Positions 1 to 1,161 of a stretch of DNA of 1,161 nt are shown one piece after another. The DNA is from a phage. Under the pieces are notes generated by a model. It was not told the DNA's origin, ran no database searches, and was given only the letters and a program-made list of their open reading frames with translations. The position numbers and the translations under genes are program-made. Every line of letters starts with the position of its first letter. Within the stretch, counting starts at the first letter, position 1. The DNA is taken from sequence record OR846269.1. The stretch is one strand, 5' to 3'.

Positions 1-42
1 GAACACCACAGTACGATACTCAGGATGGATATTGGGCTTCAT
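1..42 (-). CDS. ykgM: 50S ribosomal protein L31 type B (zinc-independent paralog), 5' end only; gene continues beyond the left edge of the window
   Basis: Reverse-complement of 1..45 translates to M-M-K-P-N-I-H-P-E-Y-R-T-V-V-F. From memory, MKPNIHPEYRTVVF is the N-terminus of the enterobacterial L31 paralog YkgM/RpmE2. Start placed at the second ATG (complement of 42..40); the ATG at 45..43 is an in-frame alternative. An AGGT Shine-Dalgarno-like motif lies a few nt upstream on the minus strand (complement of about 51..54). Only 14 codons are visible, so identity rests on a short but distinctive match. Confidence 0.8.
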   Translation of the reverse strand, partial: MKPNIHPEYRTVVF

Positions 43-53
43 CATTTTTACCT

Positions 54-71
54 GTTATGTTATAACATAAC
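54..71. promoter_or_regulatory. Putative Zur (zinc uptake regulator) operator: perfect 18-bp palindrome GTTATGTTATAACATAAC in the ykgM promoter region
   Basis: Read directly: 54..71 is its own reverse complement. It is AT-rich, has a TGTTATnnATAACA-like core consistent with Fur-family/Zur boxes, and sits 12-30 bp upstream of the ykgM start on the minus strand. ykgM-type L31 paralogs are established Zur targets. Confidence 0.75.
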
Positions 72-213
72 CACAAAGATACATGCTCATCCGGATCATT
101 TCAACACCCAATCCCTGTGACCATTAGTGGTATGTGGAATTTCCTCAACGGGGAAGTCTGGCATTGTTAACAGCCATTGGCGACGCTCCCATAAACGCCT
201 GGATGAGTGATTG

Positions 214-235
214 GTAAGCGTACATCCTGAACCGT
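214..235 (+). repeat. Probable left terminal inverted repeat (IRL) of the IS66-family element; exact inner boundary not determinable from this window
   Basis: Begins GTAAGCGTACATCC.., consistent with the GTAA-initiated termini of the IS66 family. The right end is outside the window, so the repeat cannot be confirmed by pairing and its length is a guess. Confidence 0.45.
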
Positions 236-305
236 CTGGTCAGAATCTGACGAATTAGACAAAGTGGTGTCCACCAAATAAGTAGTGGGAACCAAAGTAT
301 CAGAT

Positions 306-686
306 ATGCAGAAAAATGTGACTCCCGGCAGGCGAAAAGGCTGCCCTAATTATCCTCCCGAATTTAAACAGCAGCTCGTTGCTGCCTCCTGTGAACCCGG
401 GATATCCATCTCAAAACTTGCTCTTGAAAATGGCATTAACGCCAATCTGTTGTTCAAATGGCGACAACAATGGCGCGAGGGAAAGCTGCTATTACCTTCT
501 TCAGAGAGCCCCCAGCTACTTCCTGTGACTCTCGATGCAGCTGCCGAACAGCCAGAATCGCTCGCAGAGGACCCGGAAACCCTCAGTATCAGCTGTGAGG
601 TAACGTTCCGGCACGGGACGCTCCGCTTCAATGGCAATGTCAGCGAAAAGCTCCTGACTCTGCTGATACAGGAACTGAAGCGATGA
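306..686 (+). CDS. tnpA: IS66-family accessory protein TnpA (OrfA), small helix-turn-helix protein
   Basis: ORF-track ORF 285..686. I place the start at the first ATG (306, giving MQKNVTPGRRKGCPNYPPEFKQQLVAASCEPGISISKLALENGINANLLFKWRQQW.., 126 aa); the track's GTG at 285 is an alternative. The ISISKLALENGINANLLFKW segment looks like a helix-turn-helix. Position and size fit IS66 OrfA. The TGA stop at 684..686 overlaps the tnpB ATG. Confidence 0.85.
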   Translation: MQKNVTPGRRKGCPNYPPEFKQQLVAASCEPGISISKLALENGINANLLFKWRQQWREGKLLLPSSESPQLLPVTLDAAAEQPESLAEDPETLSISCEVTFRHGTLRFNGNVSEKLLTLLIQELKR

Positions 687-1030
687 TCCCGTTACCTTCC
701 GGGACCAAAATTTGGCTGGTTGCCGGTATCACCGATATGAGAAATGGCTTCAACGGCCTGGCTGCGAAAGTACAAACGGCGCTGAAAGACGATCCCATGT
801 CCGGCCATGTTTTCATTTTCCGGGGCCGCAGCGGCAGTCAGGTTAAACTGCTGTGGTCCACCGGTGACGGACTGTGCCTCCTGACCAAACGGCTGGAGCG
901 TGGGCGCTTCGCCTGGCCGTCAGCCCGTGATGGCAAAGTGTTCCTTACGCAGGCGCAGCTGGCGATGCTGCTGGAAGGTATCGACTGGCGACAGCCTAAG
1001 CGGCTGCTGACCTCCCTGACCATGCTGTAA
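683..1030 (+). CDS. tnpB: IS66-family accessory protein TnpB (OrfB), 115 aa
   Basis: ORF-track ORF 683..1030. The translation MIPLPSGTKIWLVAGITDMRNGFNGLAAKV..FIFRGRSGSQVKLLWSTGDGLCLLTKRLERGRFAWP.. matches my memory of the conserved IS66 Orf2 family. The ATG overlaps the tnpA stop (ATGA), implying translational coupling. Stop TAA at 1028..1030. Confidence 0.9.
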   Translation: MIPLPSGTKIWLVAGITDMRNGFNGLAAKVQTALKDDPMSGHVFIFRGRSGSQVKLLWSTGDGLCLLTKRLERGRFAWPSARDGKVFLTQAQLAMLLEGIDWRQPKRLLTSLTML

Positions 1031-1056
1031 ATCTCTTTATCCTGGTTGTCACAGAA

Positions 1057-1080
1057 TAAGCCCGGTAAAATACGGGCTTA
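1057..1080 (+). other. Predicted RNA hairpin in the tnpB-tnpC spacer (8-bp stem TAAGCCCG/CGGGCTTA, 8-nt loop) whose 3' arm ends in the A of the tnpC start codon
   Basis: Read directly: 1057..1064 TAAGCCCG is the exact reverse complement of 1073..1080 CGGGCTTA; loop 1065..1072 GTAAAATA. No T-tract follows on the plus strand. Confidence 0.5.
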
Positions 1081-1161
1081 TGAACGACATCTCTTCTGAC
1101 GACATCTTCCTGCTGAAACAGCGCCTGGCCGAACAGGAAGCGCTGATCCACGCCCTGCAGG
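1080..1161 (+). CDS. tnpC: IS66-family transposase TnpC (OrfC), N-terminal 27 codons only; continues beyond the window
   Basis: ATG at 1080..1082 opens a frame that runs to the window edge with no stop: MNDISSDDIFLLKQRLAEQEALIHALQ. This is a leucine-rich, coiled-coil-like N-terminus typical of IS66 TnpC. It sits 49 bp downstream of the tnpB stop, in the expected third position. It is absent from the ORF track because it has no stop within the window. Confidence 0.85.
   Translation, partial: MNDISSDDIFLLKQRLAEQEALIHALQ

Larger units (their letters stand above)
214..1161 (+). mobile_element. IS66-family insertion sequence, left end plus tnpA-tnpB-tnpC(5' part); element continues beyond the right edge of the window
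   Basis: Three consecutive same-strand ORFs with the IS66 architecture: small HTH protein, about 115-aa TnpB with ATGA overlap, then a large transposase beginning MNDISSDD.. after a short spacer. The candidate left terminus GTAAGCG at 214..220 matches the 5'-GTAA- start of IS66-family inverted repeats. Confidence 0.88.

Noticed and set aside
239-251. Short palindrome GTCAGA-A-TCTGAC inside the IS left end
   Set aside because: Six-bp arms are too short to distinguish from chance. It could be a transposase or host-factor binding site, but there is no supporting repetition in the window.
211-260. Junction or outward-facing promoter at the IS boundary (-35-like TTGGTA spanning 211..216)
   Set aside because: No convincing -10 hexamer at the appropriate spacing could be identified by eye; too weak to report as a feature.
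350-637. 95-aa minus-strand ORF from the six-frame track
   Set aside because: Lies entirely antisense within tnpA. The translation is rich in Ser/Arg/Cys with no recognisable domain. Most likely a chance open frame opposite a real gene.
838-1023. 61-aa minus-strand ORF from the six-frame track
   Set aside because: Lies entirely antisense within tnpB. The Arg/Ser-rich, low-complexity translation is typical of a spurious antisense frame in GC-rich coding DNA.
683-1030. Possibility that TnpB here is an RNA-guided nuclease (IS200/IS605-type TnpB, OMEGA system)
   Set aside because: This is a name collision only. IS66 OrfB is a small (about 115-aa) accessory protein unrelated to the roughly 400-aa RuvC-containing TnpB of IS200/IS605. 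The sequence shows the IS66 type.
1057-1080. Hairpin as a Rho-independent terminator for tnpA-tnpB
   Set aside because: No T-rich tract follows the stem on the plus strand (it is followed by TGAACGAC), and tnpC must be expressed downstream. On the minus strand the trailing sequence is only TTCTGT. A terminator call is not supported.
1-1161. CRISPR arrays, defence-system or toxin-antitoxin genes, tRNA/rRNA, or other evidence of a novel system
   Set aside because: No direct-repeat/spacer periodicity, no RNA gene-like structure and no unexplained ORFs. The whole window is accounted for by ykgM, its operator and a standard IS66-family element.

Overview
This window is the junction between a chromosomal zinc-regulated locus and the left end of an IS66-family insertion sequence, most likely from an Escherichia/Shigella-type enterobacterial genome. 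On the minus strand, bases 1..42 encode the first 14 codons of a ribosomal protein L31 type B paralog (ykgM/rpmE2), with a perfect 18-bp palindrome (54..71) matching a Zur box just upstream of it. From about 214 (GTAAGCG terminus) to the window end lies the canonical three-gene IS66 module on the plus strand: tnpA (306..686), tnpB (683..1030, joined to tnpA by an ATGA overlap) and the 5' end of tnpC (1080..>1161). I see no evidence of a novel biological system; the content is well explained by a known IS family beside a known Zur-regulated gene. The points worth a second look are the insertion context, a hairpin that buries the tnpC start codon, and the ambiguous tnpA start. All calls rest on reading the sequence and recalling these protein families; no database search was run.
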